The position numbers were made by a program, and so were the translations under genes. Of a stretch of 64,000 bases of DNA, positions 60,361 to 64,000 are shown piece after piece. The stretch comes from Octopus sinensis (taxonomy: Eukaryota). The stretch is from the NCBI RefSeq assembly GCF_006345805.1, contig NC_043021.1, positions 1,860,001 to 1,924,000 of the forward strand, written 5' to 3'. Numbering within the stretch: position 1 is the stretch's first letter; each line of letters opens with the position of its first letter. The notes beneath the pieces are model-generated. The model was not told the DNA's origin, ran no database searches, and saw only the letters and a program-made list of their open reading frames with translations.

Positions 60361-61780
60361 GATTATAATGAAGACGAGGAAAAAGTTAGCGAGAAGGAAA
60401 AAAAAACTTGGCAAAAGGGGAAGAGAGAACGAGAAAAGAAAAAGGAGTTAATTATATAGAGAGAAAAACAAGGATAAAAGACAGAGAGAGAGAGAGAGAT
60501 AGAGAAAACGTCTGAGAAGGAGAAACGTAGAGAGGGAGGAAAGAAAAGGTATACACGAGAAGAAAAGGGAAAAGCTATAGCAGAGAGAGAGAGAGAGAGA
60601 GAGAGCGCGACGCTTGAGGCGGGGGGGGGGGTAGCTAGAAGGATATGAAAATTGCAGGGAAGGGTAGAAGGAGAAAGCCAAGCGCGAACTGTCAGGTTTC
60701 CCCTTCCACCCTTCACCCCCCAGTAATGGAGGGAACACCAACAGAAAACGGTCTCTTAATCTCAACAACGTTTAGAGAGAAAATAGCAAAATCTTTAAAT
60801 ATACAAACATATCTATACAATAATGATGGAATATATATACATATATATATATATAAGGCTGCGCGTGGTTTTTGTGCGAGCAACTCGTTCGTTTAAGCTG
60901 GAACAAAATGAGTTACACGCTATTATCTGCTGGAGTGAATATACATACATGTAAAGTTTAGCTGTTGAATATGCAGTCAAATGTTTTACGTTTAAATATA
61001 TATTTATATTATATTGTATTATCTATAGGCGACCTTGCACGAACTTGTTGAAAACAGGTTCAAACTAACACCATAGGCTGGGCTCCCAGAAATATAATTA
61101 CAAGAACTAGGTCGCTCAAAAGAAGGGGGAAAAAACGGGGTGAGTGAGGTGGGGGAATGAAAATAGAGAAATGAAAGGCTTGGAACCGCTGGAACCGCCA
61201 AACTACAGCAGCAGAAGGAAGGAAGGATATGCCTAAAACAAACTGTTGTTGCAAAAAAGACGCACCTGTGTCTGTCTAAGAGGTGGAGGGCTTTTGGGGT
61301 TTTATTTTCTCCCTCTTCACCGCCCCACGTTTCGACACCTACCGCCAAGGCTCATCATGAAAACCCACCCCACAATGTACTTGGTTGGTAAGGTAGGTAG
61401 GGTATCTGGAAGAGACGGACGGTGGCGAAGAGGAGGTGGAGGAGGAGGAAGAGAGAGTGCAAGGAGATAAGGGGTTAGGGTGGTACGGAGTGCTGGAGAT
61501 GCGGAGGGTGTGTTTAGCGACTGTTGAAACAAGTGGAAACGTTGGGGGTGGGAGGTGAGAGCATGACGGGGGGGGGGACGAGCGAGGGGAGGAGGAATTT
61601 AAGGAAGAAGAAGAAAAAGAAGCCAGGAATTTTATTATCTTTCGTGTGACTTCATGGAAACCATTTCTTCACTTGTGGAGATAACATATTTGATTAACTT
61701 GTAAATAAATCCCAAAAGAACGTGTGTGAGTGTGTGTGTGTGTGTGTGTGTGTATAAATGCGTATATATCTATGTATGAA

Positions 61781-61815
<35 letters not shown>

Positions 61816-62199
61816 GAGAGAAAGAGAGACATATTTATATACAAACCTAAAATTCATACACACACACGTATATTATATATACATTATGATGAATATTCAT
61901 ATACACACAGAGGAACGTGTCTATATATTTCTCACTTCACCTTCAATAGGCACAGTTACAGCTGAGTGGTTAAGAAAAGTTGTTTCACGACCACAAGACC
62001 CCTGGGTTCAATTCTGCATTTTCTCTAACCCTGGGTCAACCCACACCTTGAGATTGGAACGAAGAAGGAAACAGTGGAGAGAGACCCACCACAGGTGAAT
62101 TGTAACTGGAATTTAAAAGAAGAAAAAAAAACACACCCACACACACAGCCATGCTGTTTCTACCTGTAAGTTACATTAATGGTAGACATGACTGTAAGG

Positions 62200-62380
62200 T
62201 ACATGTGTGGCTGTGTGGTAAGAAGCTCACTTCCCAACCTTGTGGTTCTGGGTTCAGTCCCACTACGTGGCACCTTGGGCAAGTCTTCTACTGTAGCTTC
62301 AGGCTTACCAACGCCTTGTGAGTGGATTTGGTAGACAGAAACTGAAAGAAGCCTGTCATATGTATGTGTGTGTGTGTGTA

Positions 62381-62469
<89 letters not shown>

Positions 62470-62600
62470 TTTATGTGTGTCTGTGTCTGTGTTTGTCCCC
62501 CCCCCCCGGGGTCGCTTGACAACTGATGTTGGTGTGTTTATGTCCTGGTAACTTAACAGTTCAGCAGAAGAGACTGATAGAATAAGTACCAGGCTTACAA
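62200..62600 (+). mobile_element. SINE family B
   Basis: Matches the family consensus. Confidence 0.83.
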
Positions 62601-62829
62601 AAGCAAGCTTTTCACTGTCCATCCATCCTCAAGGGATATTGTCTTGTGAGCTATTTAGTGACTTCACCAGTGCTGGTGCCATGTAAAAGCCATCCAGTAT
62701 ATTCTGTGTAGTGATTGGCATTAGGAAGGGCATCCAGCAATAGAAAGCACAGGAAAACAGATTTTGGAGCTCAATACAGCCCTGTGATCTGTCAGATCCT
62801 GTCAGACCATTTTTACCTCAAGTGCAGGA

Positions 62830-63900
62830 CACATCTTTATATAAACATCACTTGGCCATCCAAACACAGTCATATCTGTTGGCCACAACCCTTTAATTCC
62901 TCTTATGTTCAGTTTTCCTTTCAACTCTTTTGTGCTCAGACAACCAGGAGTAAACTCCGGGACCTTGGGGGAATTGAAGTGATTCCACACCCAGCATGTA
63001 GTCCAGACCTGCATGGACTATATGCTGCATGGAATATGGATGCTAATTGGTGATGATGTGCCTAGTGTGAACTGTGAATGTACAAGAGGTGTAGTGGGAT
63101 CACATGCAGGGTAACAGAGAAGGTAAACTACACAGGTCGCAGGACTTTAGTAGTAAGTAGTAAGAGCACTTGTGACACAGACTATCCATTGCCCAGGTGG
63201 TTCTCTAGAAGTAGCTGATTAGTTTCTGTTATGTAGAGAGGAAAGTAGTTAGAGTAAGGGCTTGTTGAAGAAAGCTAGGGCAGTTATTTATAACCTCTGC
63301 TGGTAACAAAGAGCTTCTTCCTAAGAGTGAAGTGCAAATTCTATGATGTATGTGTATGGAGGGCAATGTTACATGGTAGAGGGGCAGGGGCCTTGAAAGC
63401 AGATCTGTGATGGCTAGAAAGAAACAAAGCAAGAATGTTTTGTGTTGAGTCAAAAGGTTTGTAATATTTTGGTGACTTACTGGCTTCATTCGTCAAATTA
63501 CAAGAAAAGCAGCTGAGCATTCAACGTGGAGGCCATCATGCTGCACCGATGCACTGAAGCCACCTTTCTGCCAGTTCTTTGACCCCCATGATGATAGCAG
63601 TTCTCATCCTTTGAGGTGAAGAACTCCTTCATTGAAGCTTCTACCTTTTCTTGATTGATGCAGCATCAAAGAGCACAGGAAGTGAGCTGTGGGTTGGAAC
63701 AAGTAATGATCCAAGGGAGACGTGTCCAGACTATATGCTAAGCATGGGCATCAGTTTGTTTCCCCTCAAATTCCTGGAGTTTATTCCAGGTGGTTTGAGC
63801 ACAAAAGAGTTGAAAGGAAACCTGAACGGAAGAGGAATTAAACGTTGTGGGCAACAGAGAGGACTTTTATTTAGATGACTGAGTGAGTGTATATAAAGAG
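62830..63900. mobile_element. Two inverted copies of a mariner-derived repeat (about 62830-63030 +; 63515-63900 -)
   Basis: About 190 bp shared in opposite orientation; + copy encodes IEVIPHPACSPDL; - copy encodes NQEKVEASMKEFFTSKD...ELAERWLQ. Confidence 0.7.
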
Positions 63901-64000
63901 GAGCCCTGTGCTTATGGAATCTCTGAAAGACAGAGACCAAGAAAGACTTGGGGTGAAGAAGTGAAGACAGATCTTAATCTCTTACATTTCACAAAGGAGC

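Overview
AT-rich, microsatellite-laden eukaryotic DNA. The SINE families and repeat landscape point to a coleoid cephalopod, most likely Octopus (inferred, not database-checked). Two protein-coding genes can be reconstructed by hand. (1) A complete 5-exon thymidylate kinase (DTYMK/dTMP kinase, + strand, 17172-26636, 224 aa). (2) A convergent, 5'-incomplete storkhead-box winged-helix gene (STOX-like, - strand; coding exons 51844-51614, 37881-37522, 33965-32326). The rest is simple repeats, at least four SINE families, RTE and REL-type LINE 3' fragments, decayed mariner/Tc1 elements, MITEs and a non-autonomous Helitron. The most notable unannotated signal is a set of at least five minimal type-I hammerhead-ribozyme-like motifs of different sequence (about 11.8, 15.8, 36.3, 39.4 and 56.4 kb). 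Several sit in small inverted-repeat cassettes resembling Penelope-like pseudo-LTR or retrozyme remnants. There are also many local fold-back palindromes and inverted SINE pairs flanking exons, which are candidate dsRNA, A-to-I editing or circRNA substrates. All calls were made by eye; repeat boundaries are approximate.
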